Source: Hormiphora californensis (lineage: Eukaryota > Animalia > Ctenophora). Taken from it: a stretch of DNA of 64,000 nt. The notes under the pieces were generated by a model. The model searched no databases. It had not been told where the DNA came from and saw nothing but the letters and a program-made list of their open reading frames with translations. Position 1 is the stretch's first letter, and the number at the start of each line of letters is the position of its first letter. This document shows, piece after piece, positions 47,351 through 62,300 of the stretch. The position numbers were made by a program, and so were the translations under genes. The DNA lies in assembly GCA_020137815.1 (NCBI GenBank), contig CM035350.1, forward strand, positions 7,688,001 to 7,752,000, in the 5' to 3' direction.

Positions 47351-50300
47351 CTAATCTAAATACTCAGGTACACATGTGTAAAGATGTTCATAACCAGCAT
47401 GAACTATAAATAACATTGTACCATAAACCTGGTAGTATTTCACTTTCTCACACCCTCTTATTTGATTGTCTCTCTCGTCTAGACCCTTCCCTCGCAAGGA
47501 AGGGTCTTGTGTAAACTAAACACTTCTCTGAGTCCTTTTCTCTAATTTCATGAGTCTTTTTGCCTGGCTTGAATGAGCTCTTTCTCTCTCTCTCTCGAAG
47601 TAAAAAGTAGGGATCTTCAACCGATGTAGGATACTAGATATGACACCAAAATCGTCTGAAGGAATGGAGGGGTTAGTAAAAGTCTGGAAACACTCGGTAT
47701 CACCATTAAAATATATTTTCCTTTCTCTCCAGTGTTCCCTACTTACAGGTAGATTATAGATGATTGAGAAGGAGACTAATCCTACTAACTGAAGGATACC
47801 GGCGATAATGAGTTTTGGTTTGTTAGGTGATTTCCAGAAGAATTTAGCGGTAGCAACCTTGGCATCAATCTCTTTCATTTCCGTAGAAATTCGGCTGAAG
47901 GAAAGAGTGGAATATTGTTAGTTGAAATTGAGTTACATGCAATTAGTTAAATTGGTTAACTGGTGTAATAAACACAACTATCACACAACTATGTAAACTC
48001 ACATGGGTTCATCAATGAAGGGGTTATCATTTGGATCTGACCGACCATATCCAGCAGGTCTCTTTTCAGCCTGGGGGATAGTCATCACTTCCAGCTCGGC
48101 TTTTATCTTTCCCGTTTTGTACAGGAAACCATCAATTTTCTTGTACATAGGCCACCATCCCTGAGATTTTTTCTTTTTGAACAGATTCAGATAGGTAATG
48201 ACGGGAGGTCGAGGTGGTTCTTCCTCTTCTTCTTCTTCTTCCTCAGGATTCTATTAGGGAGAAATAATTTAAGAGAGTTTCATTGTTATTGGGGCCAGTT
48301 GATAAAATAAGGTGCCAGATAAAACACAGCTAATTATTACCGATGGAGGTGGAGGAGGTGGGGGCTCTTCATATCCAGGAATCATTTCCATCCAGGTCCA
48401 TTCTTCCTTAGCCATTCCCCTGGGCAGGTAGGTCATATCCAGGTGAAGGAAGGCATATGGTTCTGGAGCTACAGAGGGGTCCCCATCACACACACTGATC
48501 GTCAGGATAGGATCCAACATTTGGTCTTCAATCTGTAGGGTATTATATACTATATATACTATATATACTATTAGATAGTAGTGGTACTAAAGCTGAAGTC
48601 TAAAGGATTGTTTCTATTCGGTTTGAGTACTATATAAGTGATTGTGAAACAGTAGTATTGAGTACTTATGTGCCTCGCCCGGCTAATCTAGTGAATCTCC
48701 TTGCTGTACAGCTTGTTAAACAAGGAAGTGAAACTAGAGGGTTCTGTACAGAGTTTCTCTTTACTATTCACATCATTTATGCATTCTAAAAATATGGTTA
48801 TATACATGGTATTATAATACATGGTTACATTCAAAATCAGCAGATTTTAATGGGAAGCACTGGAAAATATTTCAATCTTTACCTCCCCCGGAATCACTCG
48901 CTTTCTGTCCAAGAATGCGTAACCGAATTGGAATTTGAAACGCCAGTTGAACGCACCAGTTCCATTTACAGCCCTAGTATGGATCTCCGAAACCTGGGCC
49001 TCTGGATCACCCGCAAATTGCCTGGAAAATGGAACAAATTGCACATTGCAAGAGATGAAATAAGGAACTGATGTGAGATATTTTAATACTACAAGGCAAC
49101 TAACGCTTTGATCAGGAGGTCGTGAAGAGTATCATCGTCAGGTTTCTCTGGAGGGACCTCCTCGATAGTTTCAACATCAGTAACATCAAATACAATCAAT
49201 CGGAGCTCCATGTCAACAGGAATGGGCGGGTCCACATTCATTGGTTCCGGGGGACTCTCCATAAAGGGAAATATGTCCGTGAACATGAGAATTTTACCCT
49301 GAGGTACACCTGTAACACAGTTTCAACTTATCCTTCGTACAGGTACCCCTTTTTGATCTTGCTATGCTTGGAGGTACATAGCATGTGTACGGGGGGAAAT
49401 GATTTCCAACTGTCTCTGATCACTCACTTCTGAAATTCTACATCACTCACTTCTGAAATTCTACATTGAAATTCAGTTCAAGTGATTCAAATAAGATGTT
49501 ATGTAAGAGATAAATATATTTATTTTAACTCTTTGAAGGTTATGAAGTTGAATAGGGTAAAGACAGTTTGAGAAAATATATGAGATGACATTGATGTCAT
49601 AATTTATTATTATTATTATTATCAATCATTTACCTGGCATAACTGGGTTGATAAGCTTTCTCTTCTCAGCGTAATCTCTGACCAGACCTAGCTCGAGCAG
49701 TACGTAGAGGGCAGTTCGTTCTTTCAGTGGCCCCCAAATTGCAGTGTCTTCAAAGTTCTCTTTGTGCTTTTCTGAGTGACAGATTTTACTATTTAGTGGT
49801 CATTGGTCACAGTTCATGTCAACAATATTTTCATATAGACTCAATTCCCGTTCAATTTCATGTGTGTAAAATGTACATAGTCATTAGTGAGCGACTTACC
49901 AAATTCAGTGATGGTATAAATTTCATCGTTAATTGCACAGTTAGTTCCATCACTTGCATAAGTTGGCAGGGATATACAGTTGGCGATGCAGAATTCATCA
50001 AGAATCTGGCTAGGCAACATGAAATCTCTCCATTTGTGGGGGCCAGATATCATATATCGTTCAGTTAAACCACAAATGGGCCTCTTGATGGATAGGAACC
50101 TGTCCTCAAGATCTAGCTTTGTCTCCCCGATCAGGGCATCTCGACCCTCCTCTGTGGATTCAAAATCAATAATCCCAACTTTTAGTTGCGGGTTATTCGG
50201 AATCAGCGTGTCCATATTGTAAATCCTGAGGGGGGGAGGGGCAATTCAGATGAGTATAGATATTCTCCTAGTGCCTGGGCAAGCCGAAGTATTATAGATG

Positions 50301-53300
50301 GGGTAGTGTGTTAGGTGATAGTATAACTTACTTGCAGAACCTTGGATGTCTATTCTTTCTAATGAGACTGGTAGTATCTGAGATTGTTTTGGGTCCCAGA
50401 GTCACTTCAATATATGGATCACATGTCTTGTCTTTTACTCGGGATGGTGTTGCTAAATACATTGCCTGTAGAGCATACAGACGCACAAAGATCTTGATAC
50501 TTCCTGCAGTGGGTACAGAAGCGTAGATAAGATCTCTATCTCCCTCACCATCGTCTGATAACTCGTAGATACGGAAAGACCCCTGAGGGAAGGAGACATC
50601 TAGATTGTGATGGAGATATGGGGTTCAGTATGTTTCTTGCTACCTCTCATAGTTCAGCTGGGACACTGGGAGACCAGTGGGAAAGTGTTATGTTTCTAAT
50701 TCCAGCGACACTGTGTATCTGTGGGTATAACTTAGCGCGCGCAGTACTGCTTATAATGAAAGCTCACTATTTCAGCACATCGTGGGAAATGCGGCGCGGC
50801 GTGGGAGTCGTTTTGAGGGCAAGAACGGCACCTCTACTTCTAGAGCTGTTCATGATAACCTATTTCGCAAGCCGTGTTTCAAACACATACCTTATATTGC
50901 CCTGTATGTGGATCCTTCTCATCATCCTCATCTTCATCTGGCCCTCCGCCAAGTTTGGGTGTTCGTATCATGTTGAACTAATGAGGGAGGGATGGGATTT
51001 AGTCTAATGAACATTAAACATGGAAGGGATTCAGCCCATGCAACCCTACAACAAAGATACCTGTTGAATTGAGTCACTAAAGTTGTTAAAGTACAGCTCG
51101 ATCTCCTTCTCATACACAACAAGGAGAGGTAGCTCGTGTTTTCTCATCGTTTTGTAGATAAGACGGTTGCCCTGCATGGCGAAGTACCTGCTCCACCAGT
51201 ACATGGATAGGAACTCCCAATCATCACTTTCATCTATCACGGGTATGGGACCCGGCTAGGGAAATGGGCTGTTAGACTTTGGTTGTTGATTACAATTGGG
51301 TGTATCATCATCAAGCACACATCCCGGAGAGGGGAGGACAATGATTCGTGAGCTGTATGGCGGCGCCATACCCCATTTGATTCGTGAGACAAATATGCAA
51401 TATGCATACAATGGGACTCCATTGCACCTAACAGGGTGCAGAAGTGGAACTGCAGTCGGTACTTGAATTGTTCACACGGAGCACGGACACAGTGTCAAGC
51501 GACTCACCGGTGGTTTGACCTTCTTTTTAGCCCAGCAACAACAATTACAACATCCCTCGTCCTCCTCTTCCTCTATCACTATCACTGTCTCTGTCTCGGT
51601 AACTGATATCGTCTCCTCTTGCTCGGGGGTACCTGAGAAGATATACTCACCCCCATTACTTTCTGTCTGGTTGTATTGTGCCAGACTCTGAGACTCCGAT
51701 TTGATTCTCAGATGGGGTCCGCAGCGCAAGACAGATAACTTTGTACCAAGTGTTATACTATTTGACAATGGTCGGCCTCCTTGAGAAACTGAGTAGCTTG
51801 AAACTAACCGTATGAGTCCTCATTAGTAGAACTTCCTTCTGCCTCTGCTGCGGCGAGTCTCTTCTTTAGATACTCGGGATCGAATTGGGAGAAGGATTTG
51901 AGGATGTATTTACCCACAAGGGGTGTGAAACCGTTAGGTCGCTGGTCCAACAATCGAATGTTGATGGGAGGCTTGTAGGTGAACCCTTGTGGTAACAACT
52001 AGTGGGATAATTGTGTTATGGGGGAAGTAGAGCCCTATGGTTTTTGCAACCGCATGGTTGTGGAAGAGCTTGTTCAGATTCTTCTTTTTTCTCGCTACGC
52101 AGAGAATGGCTGGTTACAGCACGTCAAGAGATACAAGGTGGGCCACGGATTGTTGGTAAGGGTTAGCGAGTTGTCCCGTCAAAACGGCGATAGTTGCGAG
52201 AATAAAAATCATGGGAGCACTCTGGATCAATTTCTTGGTAACTTTTTCCATAATTTTTGTCAAAAATTTGAAAATTCATTTTTCATTCCTTCATTCATTT
52301 CTCGTTCATTTATGATGTGAGCATCCTAATTTTCCATCATGGTGCTATTTTTCTTTGGCTTGAATTTATCTTTCCAATGAACACCATAAAAATGAAATTG
52401 AAGCACCAGGTCACGTTGCAGTTGAGAAAATGCTCATGCATGATTTTGGCTCTTCCTGCGACTTTCAATGAGCTGTATCACGGCTCCCTTTTGTTCAATC
52501 TTTTTCAAAATTTGGGTGAACATTGGATAAACAAAGATCTTTGCTCACAAGAAAAATCAAGGTCAAAACTCAAAGTTCATTTTTCATTTTTGGTAGTTCA
52601 TTCCACTCATTCAGGAACTAACATCCCTAAAGTCATGAAAAGTTTTGGGTTTTGTTTGGCCTATGCTCTGCAATGCCAGAGAGGTGTAGTAGCGTGTTTC
52701 CGGGCTAGTTTTTGGGTGTCCATGTGATCATGATGATACCTGACACCTTATTTGGGCCATAATTAAGCGATTTTCTCAAGTTGAAGCATGTGACTTGGGT
52801 TTTCTGTGATTGATATCGTGAAACAATGTTATGGGATCCCATAGCACCCCTAAAATGATGATTAATTCAACAAAATGAGTTGATTTATGATCGAAATTGT
52901 TCGTTTAGTTGAGTTTGTCTTCGGTTTAAATCTTTTCAATAATAAATCAACTCATTTTGTTGAATTAATCATCATTTTAGGGGTGCTATGGGATCCCATA
53001 ACATTGTTTCACGATATCAATCACAGAAAACCCAAGTCACATGCTTCAACTTGAGAAAATCTCTTAATTATGGCCCAAATAAGGTGTCAGGTATCATCAT
53101 GATCACATGGACACCCAAAAACTAGCCCGGAAACACGCTACTACACCTCTCTGGCATTGCAGAGCATAGGCCAAACAAAACCCAAAACTTTTCATGACTT
53201 TAGGGATGTTAGTTCCTGAATGAGTGGAATGAACTACCAAAAATGAAAAATGAACTTTGAGTTTTGACCTTGATTTTTCTTGTGAGCAAAGATCTTTGTT

Positions 53301-56300
53301 TATCCAATGTTCACCCAAATTCCCAGTGTCAAAGTTCGGGTATCCAGGGATCCTGGCTGCTAGTCAATTTTATCGCCAAGATATCTAGTCAATTTTCTAA
53401 AATGGGAAAATTATAGTGAGACTATGGTATATTTACTGTTGTAGCACATAAAAAAACAAGGTAAATAGGGATGACAAACTTCAAATCACCATCTATGTAT
53501 TTTCTATAATTTACAGAACATTGTTTTTCTCTGATTTTCACCAATCACCATCTCCATTCTTACATTTTCCATCAGTGGTGTAGTGGTTACACCATGGACT
53601 CTCACCCCGATCGTCTGGGTTCGAATCCGGATGGGGTGATTTGGCTTACTTTTTACTTTCATGATTTTTCTCTCTCTATATTCATTCTAGTGTGTTGTAA
53701 CATGACACTGATATCATCACAATATCATAGAAGAACGCTCGTCACTGCATATGTGTGAGATCTCTCTCATTGATGCCAGGATCTCTAGTCGGTAGAGAGG
53801 GAGCCTAGGAGGTATCCTGTGCTAGTCATGGATCCCGCCGCGCATGATAAGCTAATTGCTGAAAAGTCATGCTTTGTAGACTAGAGATCCAAATATTTTA
53901 TAGAGCGCTGAATAGTAAAACTGGCACAAAGGTTGGTGGTCGAGTGGTACAATTCTCGCCTGTCAAGCGGGCGACCCGGGTTCGATCCCCAGGATTGACA
54001 AGCATCCAAGACATTTTTTTAAATTTTTTAAAAATGTAACCCTTTGTTATTATACAATAATCTAGTTATTTAATCAATTTGTTGAAACTTAATTATTAAA
54101 AGAGAAAAATTAGTTTCCTTCCTAGTCAAATTTTGTAAAAAAAATCAGGATCCTAGTCGGATTGAGATACTTTGACACTGGGCCCAAATTTTGAAAAAGA
54201 TTGAACAAAAGGGAGCCGTGATACAGCTCATTGAAAGTCGCAGGAAGAGCCAAAATCATGCATGAGCATTTTCTCAACTGCAACGTGACCTGGTGCTTCA
54301 ATTTCATTTTTATGGTGTTCATTGGAAAGATAAATTCAAGCCAAAGAAAAATAGCACCATGATGGAAAATTAGGATGCTCACATCATAAATGAACGAGAA
54401 ATGAATGAAGGAATGAAAAATGAATTTTCAAATTTTTGACAAAAATTATGGAAAAAGTTACCAAGAAATTGATCCAGAGTGCTCCCATGATTTTTATTCT
54501 CGCAACTATCACCGTTTTGACGGGACAACTCGCTAACCCTTACCAACAATCCGTGGCCCACCTTGCATACTTTACAATGCAACTGCATCTTACCACATCA
54601 AAATAATGAGATGTAACGGGGAAGTTGGGGAGGTTCACCAAGTCTGGTATCTTAGGCAGGGTATAGAGTCCACCCCCACATTCTATCTCTATCAATGGGT
54701 TATCGATCGGCTTCTTAGCCCAGAACTTCAGATGTCGCAGTCCCCAACTTAGTATTTCTATCCTGGTGTTTTTGAGGATAGGTCGAATACCAGGGGGCAC
54801 CTGATACCCATTTCCACTGGGATGACGGGGTGGGTCAAAGGGAATATCCTCAGGTTCAATTGACATCTCCTCCATTATACGTGATAGATAGTCCTTCCCT
54901 CTGGCAACTGCCTTTCGCTTTAGCTCATCCGGATCTATGGGCGGCTTACTCGTCTGAGAGAAACTATTATAGTGAATGTCCTAAACTCTAAAAACTTAGA
55001 TTTAACAAAAAAAATGTATGGCAGTAGGTAGACAGCGAATTCATAAACAATTCACACACACTAACTAACCCAGAAGATTTCAAAAGCAGCGAGAACGTCA
55101 CCAGCATTCTCTCCCAACTTCATTATGGGTATCCACTTTAACTTGGGAGGTTCATAGGGCTTGTTGAAGCATTCCTTGGGGAAGCCAGTAGATGTTCCCA
55201 GATGAATATCACCCTGTCAAATAGGGAGGGTTGTTACACAAAGGTAACACGAGGATAACACGGTTACCATGGTTACCATTAAAGCTCAATACCAGAACCT
55301 ATGGTGAAACACTCACCAGTGGTCCCCTGTGGAAAACGTTGATTGTTATTTGAGGGAGGGCCGATTTAGCATCTAAAATATCTCCCACGATTGGAATTCC
55401 TCGGAAAACCAGAGTTTGATCCCAACAAGGGGACAACTGTTGCCAAATGGTGATGGTATTCTGGGTCTGGCGGGCAACACACACCGTGCAGTATGTGTCT
55501 GAAAGAAGTAGATATCTTTGGGGTCTGTCGTGAACAGTGAAAATCTTTTTGTGTGAGGGCGGCGTGCAGGGAAGGGTGAATTCCCATTTCCCCACCCTAA
55601 CTAGATTTCTAGTAAAGAGGATATCTTACTTGTATATCCGGACACCTCAGGACTTGTCAGGGCACGTCCTGTGTAAATATGGACCCGGGCTTCGAACATA
55701 TTCCTCTCAGGGAAGGACATGATAACCTGGGGTGGGACCTTGATCTTCTTACCCTTATCCGACATCGTAAACACCACAGGTTCTGAAGGGAGTGAGATGT
55801 TTGATAAGGATTGATTGGGGTTTTATTTCCATGTGTATAACTCATGACACATACCGAAGTTAAGGCCTTCCACAACATCGATTTGTCGTCTGTGTTTCCT
55901 TCGCCGCACAATATCTGAGCCACCCTCTCCACTGTGGAATTTAGTGGTGAACATCTTGGCGTACTCCCAACCTCCTGTCTCTTTCACTGCGTCCTGTAAA
56001 AAGTAATGGGGGTTGTAACACATTGTATTTTCTTAGTTCTTGGCTTACTTGAACCTCTCTCACCGCGATAAATCAGGCATGTTCCTATTTGAGCTAGTAG
56101 TCCCGAGCCATTAACTGATTCTACTCCTAACAAAAACTACTAACCTTTATGGTTGGGATGGCCGCCTCCCTAACTTTAACCCTGCTTCTCAGCCACAATC
56201 TCCTCCTACACAAATGATAACTCTTCCCACTACTACAGTAATCGTTACTGTCGGGATCAGGGGCATACTGGTAACCGTCTACATCTCCTGGAGTTGAGGT

Positions 56301-59300
56301 GTCAACCGCCCAGTCACTCGTGATCTCCCACCCTTCTGGTAGATCAATATCATCACGGGCTGTCGTCTGCTCCATACGCTGTGAAACAATGAAACCGGGT
56401 TAGCAATCCTGTCGTCTGTACAAAGAGCATGTAATGAGTTAGAACTATGCAGCTGCTATCATACCCCATTCATCCAGAATATTTTGGGATCAGACCAATC
56501 ATCTCCAGTCTCAATGGTCTGCACCTCGTATACTTCGTCTCTGTACGACGACAAACCGAAATCTTCACCCACTATAGAACTAGAAATGAAAAGTAAATTA
56601 TAAAGCTTTGATAGCCGATAAAATTGTTGAAGAAATCATATATGATGACCTGTCAATGCTCTGACCACAGTTCTCTGTGCGTTTGAAGAAACAAGAATAT
56701 GGTCTACAGGCCAATGCTCGTATTGTTTTGTGGGGCGTGCGAATGGCTATCTTGGCAATGCTCTAATACTGGTTATATCCCCGCTTACCTGAAGTCAGGT
56801 GCGATGAACCAGTCCCCGACCCACTCCCAACCAGAGGGAGGATCAAAGTTGACCTTTGAAAGGTTGAATATCCCGTTAACATCAGAGAAGGTGGGCCGTG
56901 AAAGGCCCTTAGTGACCCAGTTACCCGCACCTAGCACAACTTGGTTCTCGTACTACATGGGGAGGTGTTAAAGTAAGAGTGGCGCGCCATGTTTTCTCAC
57001 AAAACTTGGTGGATGAACGGGGAGTACCACCAGGACCATTGGTACGGTATCGAAAATTTCCAATTCCGTCTCGTTCATTAGTTATGACGTAATATGTTCA
57101 TTATTTCAACTTTCATAAAATTGCTCTACAGAAAAATCTGTTCATTGTGGATTGAAATGGATGCTTGCATCGTGTTCAGCGTCAAAAAATAGCCGGGGTA
57201 CCAAATTTTGGTGTCTCTACCTTGTCTGTGACGCGAGATATTGACAAATATCAAAAACGACAAAAGTGAGAGAAAGAGAGATTGTTACAAGTGGGTGGCG
57301 CGCACAAACAACTAGCACCCAAAGATAACAAACTCTCTTTCTCCCATTTTTGGTCGTTTTTTATAATTGTCGATATCTCGCGTCACAGACAAGGTAGAGA
57401 CACCAAAATTTGGTACCCCGGCTATTTTTTGACGCTGAACACGATGCAAGCATCCATTTCAATCCACAATGAACAGATTTTTCTGTAGAGCAATTTTATG
57501 AAAGTTGAAATAATGAACATATTACGTCAGGGTGGTGTAGTGGCTAGTACACTCAACTCTCACGCACTAGGTCCCGGGTTCGATCCTGGTCTAGCGCATG
57601 TCGTCTAGTCCACCAAGCTATGATTGGTAGGGGCTCTCTTGAGAGACCCGAAAGTGACACGAGTGCATACACTAGAACACAATCTAATTGTTGTTGCAGT
57701 GGGGTGGCGCCCGGCTATGCTGCAGAGAAATCTGTACCGAAAGGACCGTGGCTGAAACGCCATTGAAAGGGATATCAGCACCCCGACATTGGATTTATCC
57801 TAGTCGCCTTGCTTTGCTTTTTTATTACGTCATAACTAATGAACGAGACAGAATTGGAAATTTTCGATACCGTACCAATGGTCCTGGTGGTACTCCCCGT
57901 TCATCCGCCAAGTTTTGTGAGAAAACACGGCGTGCCACTCTTACTTTAAAGTTACAGTAGGGGCGGTTTCATTACATGATACATATATTCCTGTCTTACT
58001 CAACAATGTCTTACCGTTTCAGCATATGCCGATAACTTTGCAACGAAGGGCCAAGGTTTCCAAGCTCTAAACTGACTGAGGGAACCAAACCACATAAAGC
58101 ACTTGACAAGTGATGCACATGAATCGGAATCTCCTCCCAGCACCTAGAAAAAAAGTAGTAAGCGATAAGTTTTAGGTAACCATGGCAATATGGCATGTGT
58201 CATCATGGTAACATGTTATTAAATCTACTATCACCATCGCAACATGTCGTCACATCTATCACCATGACAACTAGCACCCAAAGATAACAAACTCTCTTTC
58301 TCCCATTTTTGGTCGTTTTTTATAATTGTCGATATCTCGCGTCACAGACAAGGTAGAGACACCAAAATTTGGTACCCCGGCTATTTTTTGACGCTGAACA
58401 CGATGCAAGCATCCATTTCAATCCACAATGAACAGATTTTTCTGTAGAGCATGTTAATCTACTATCACCATCGCAACATGTCGTCACATCTATCACCATG
58501 ACAACACCACACCTGTCACCATGACAACATCACATCTGTCACCATGACAACATGTCACATCTGTCACCATGACAACATCACATTTGTCACCATGATAACA
58601 TCACATCTGTCACCATGACAACATCACATCTGTCACCATGACAACATCACATCTGTCACCATAACAACATGTCACATCTGTCACCATGACAACATCACAT
58701 TTGTCACCATGACAACATCACATCTGTCACCATGACAACATCACATCTGTCACCATGACAACACCACACCTGTCACCATGACAACATCACATTTGTCACC
58801 ATGACAACATCACATCTGTCACCATGACAACATCACATCTGTCACCATGACAACATCACACCTGTCACCATGGTAACTAAACATGATACCATAATCACTT
58901 ACCCTAAGGTTGATATGCCGAACTACACCACAGTATTTCCCCTTGCCGGTATTGGACTCCAAAAACCAGTGGATGGGAGCCTTGAAGTATCCAATACGAA
59001 CACTGTTCATAATCATCCAAATAACCACGTCTGGTATATTGGTCTGAGGTTCATCGCACACAATCTTAACTGAGGGGGAGATAGAGAGATAGGAAAAAGG
59101 TAAAGGGAGAGAGGGGGTTGTTTTGACAAAAAAGAAGATTGATTGGGGATTGATAATACCTTTTTCCTGAATGCGTAGCATTTTACCATAGCAGTCCCTA
59201 TCAGGTGCAACTTCTTTGAATAACTTGTTACACATCACTATTATCTCATTCATCCTCATTCGACGTAGCGACCGTAACTTCCTGTTATATTACACACATG

Positions 59301-62300
59301 TATAAGATCGGGGTGGGCCGAGCAAGTATAACTGCCGACGGCCCCACAAACCAATTATTGGTGACTTTGGATAAGTTTAGTATGGAATGAAAATAACTCC
59401 AGTAAGGAGTGTGTTTAGCTGAATGTCATGTGAGGCACACTAAAGTGCGATTTTTAATAAAGCGAACCGCTTGCACGCAAATTAGAGCATTTCATGCGCA
59501 TCACACGTCGTGCGCTACCAATTTCAATTCAAACTCGAATTCGCGCGCCCCCGATTCGCTTTCTTAAAAATCGGACTTTACTTATCAAGTTCATTTGAGA
59601 TGGGTGGTAGTTCAGGAAGTTCCTCTCCCAGTTTATCAGCTAACTCCTTCAATCCATTCTTCATCCTACTCTTTACTGTCCTGTCTGTCAGTTCCAACTG
59701 CATAGCGTCATCCACACTCGCAATAGCTCGGTCCTGCACGAGAGGATATTCAGGGTGGTCCATAAATTATGAGTAAGGGGGACGTGTGAATACATGTATC
59801 AAATCAACCTTAGCCCCGGCCCCAAAATTAAATTGTTGATCATATCCTAATGACTCACGAATGTATCGTATATATCCTCCAGGATGTTTAGGGTCTCCAG
59901 GCGGTAGATACAATCCTCTAACTCGCACACGACCAATGTGGCCGGACACCCTGCATCCCAGTTTAGATAGTAGTACCGGGTACTGTCAAACAGCGGCTGG
60001 GTAGGTTGGGTGGTGGAGTTGGTGGCGTCCACAGAGCTACTACTCATATTACCAAACTCCCCACAAGACACCTGTACGATGTAGGGATTGGTGTATATCG
60101 TGCTGTAATACAAATTGATTGGGATTGAAGGGTAGAGCTGAGTGGGGAAGAGTCACCAAGAAGCATGGACTCGTGGTAGGGAAACTATATATTCTGTACC
60201 TCACAAAATGCAGAAAACACAGATTTAATCGCTACTCAAGTTTCATGCAAATTAAAGCAACCGTCAGGTTCTGTACCTCAAACGTAATGGCAGACTCTGC
60301 CTGAGAGATTATCGAAGCCTCTAGGAATCCGCAGGCAATGACAAACTTCGATCGGTTTAGGTATTTTTCACTCTTTGCCTGGGCGTCCGAGGTGCTAGGT
60401 TGCACCTTGGCAAAGAGGCCCACAGAGTAGCTAGGTTTAGTGAATATCTCCATGAAAAGACGGCCTCGGAACGCCACACCTGCAACATTACTGGAGTTAG
60501 AATCTTTCTAATCGACCACCACAAGAGTGATATATAATTAGTGATTAATTAGTGATTATTTGAGAGGAGATATAAACGTAACAGAAGTGTTTTCTAGCTG
60601 AGATCACATGTATATATACCTGGTACAAATCCATAGTTGAGATACTGAAACTGCTCATTATGTTCCGTTATCTCTCGGGGTGCACCATCAAAGTTGATGA
60701 AACACGGCCCGAAGGTGGGATCAAACCCATAATCGTCCTGGGAGAAGTAAGAAATGGACTGAAGCTTGAGGAAGTACGTTCCCACAACATCGTCCTCTCC
60801 ATCTATATCTCGGTCCATGATCCGGAAGATGATTGTATCTGTTACAGTTGGTATCTCGATATTGAAGTTTATATCCTCGAAGTAGACGGGGTTGTATTGA
60901 GAGTAAATGAGCTGAGTGAGCCCTTCCACTCCGCTGTAACTGACCGAGACATATGGGTCAGTTAGTGCCATCCGGACCAGTTTGGGATCCTTGCTGACAC
61001 CATCCGGGGAGGACACTGGGAAGAAGTGGGGGTGATTATGTGGGTCTAGTCTAGGTGTGACCTGCCAAACCCTCACAAAGCTCTCTCTCTGTAATGTAAT
61101 TTTGAAACAATATGACGGTGTGAGCCACACTATGGGTGATAACTGATACCCCCAGTTGTGTACGGGATACCCCCTTGTTCGTTGACAAAGTAGGTACTCT
61201 AACAATCTGGTGTTTTGGCTTACTTTGGGCAACGTCTTCAGCAGTGTAAGATCCTGATGCACAGTTTCTGGTATTGGGCATTAACCTCACTGGGTCCTCA
61301 TTCACATTACTGAAATTAATCAATGTAATTGGGAATTTCGGTAGTATGACCGTTGAGGTCTATTCGGGGTCACTACGGGGTCAAATCGGGGTCATTTCAA
61401 TGAGAATTACCCACTCAGTATACAGTTGCATCTAAGTAAAGAACAGAGGTTGGAAACTTAAATACTCACGAGAAGACGTTGAGTAGAAGGGGCTCCACTT
61501 GGGGTGGTGCCAAAAGTTTCTGCCCCGATGCCATGATGCTCATGGACAGGTTAACGAATCCCTTGATGTTCTTGGGGGACTCCGTGGGGTGGGTGAGAAT
61601 GAGCCATTTCCGGAACATGGTCCGACAGGTATCGTTGGAAAGGTACCCTGGTTCATCCCATCCAATTGGGTCGCTCTGGTAGGCCGTCATCATAACAAAC
61701 TGGAGGGCGTGTCTAGATTTTAGAGAAGATGGGGGTCTGTCTGGCGGCGCCGAACCCGTTCTTATTCTCAGATAGGGTCGGCACCGACAGAAAGTGTTTA
61801 ATTCCAACCCTTTCAAATACCTACAGCCAGATGTGTTTATGGGACGTTCCCAATCTCTGAGTAATCACTCGCTGTGTTCCACCCTTTCTCTACGAGCCCC
61901 TTCTCCCCCATTTCTAACTGACCTGTTACACGTGTACAATCCTTTCTTGAACCTACCTTGAACTGTCCCACAAGAGAAGCATCGCGTACAACCCGTCCCA
62001 CCTACCTTGAACTGTCCGACAAGAGAAGCATCGTCCATCCTGAGAGTGTTGAGAACTCTCAAATGGACAACATCCTTGGCAATGTCAAAGGGAGAGCTGT
62101 ATGTTACAAATGCTATCGCCTCATTATACACTGGATCAATACTGTCCTCACATATCTGGGTACTCTTGGTTTCCTTCCCAATAGTGAGCACCACCACCGG
62201 GTCACATGGCACGTGGGTGAGCTGTCGGGCCTCGTGGATGAGAAACCTGATCTGATAGACATCCTTTACCACGGACAGTGATGCTTGGTTTATCGGTTCA

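Larger units (their letters stand above)
53322..54182. mobile_element. 861-bp hAT-like TIR element nested in the foldback, carrying two tRNA-like units
   Basis: TIR CCCAGTGTCAAAGT...ACTTTGACACTGGG; 8-bp TSD CCCAAATT (53314-53321, 54183-54190). Confidence 0.85.
52134..54565. mobile_element. Foldback element with ~755-bp near-perfect inverted arms, in a ferlin intron
   Basis: 52134-52888 is the reverse complement of 52943-53321 plus 54191-54565; ends CAAGGTGGGCC...GGCCCACCTTG. Confidence 0.9.

Noticed and set aside
53568-54000. Functional tRNA genes
   Set aside because: Acceptor stems do not pair and the units lie inside a transposon, so they are reported as tRNA-like only.
52018-54588. Duplicated ORFs on opposite strands (136, 100, 86, 71 and 69 aa)
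   Set aside because: By-products of the foldback arms with no transposase or other recognisable motifs.
57600-57770. Hammerhead-ribozyme-like stems with GAAA in the SINE body
   Set aside because: Hairpins followed by GAAA are present, but the CTGANGA core is not correctly placed.
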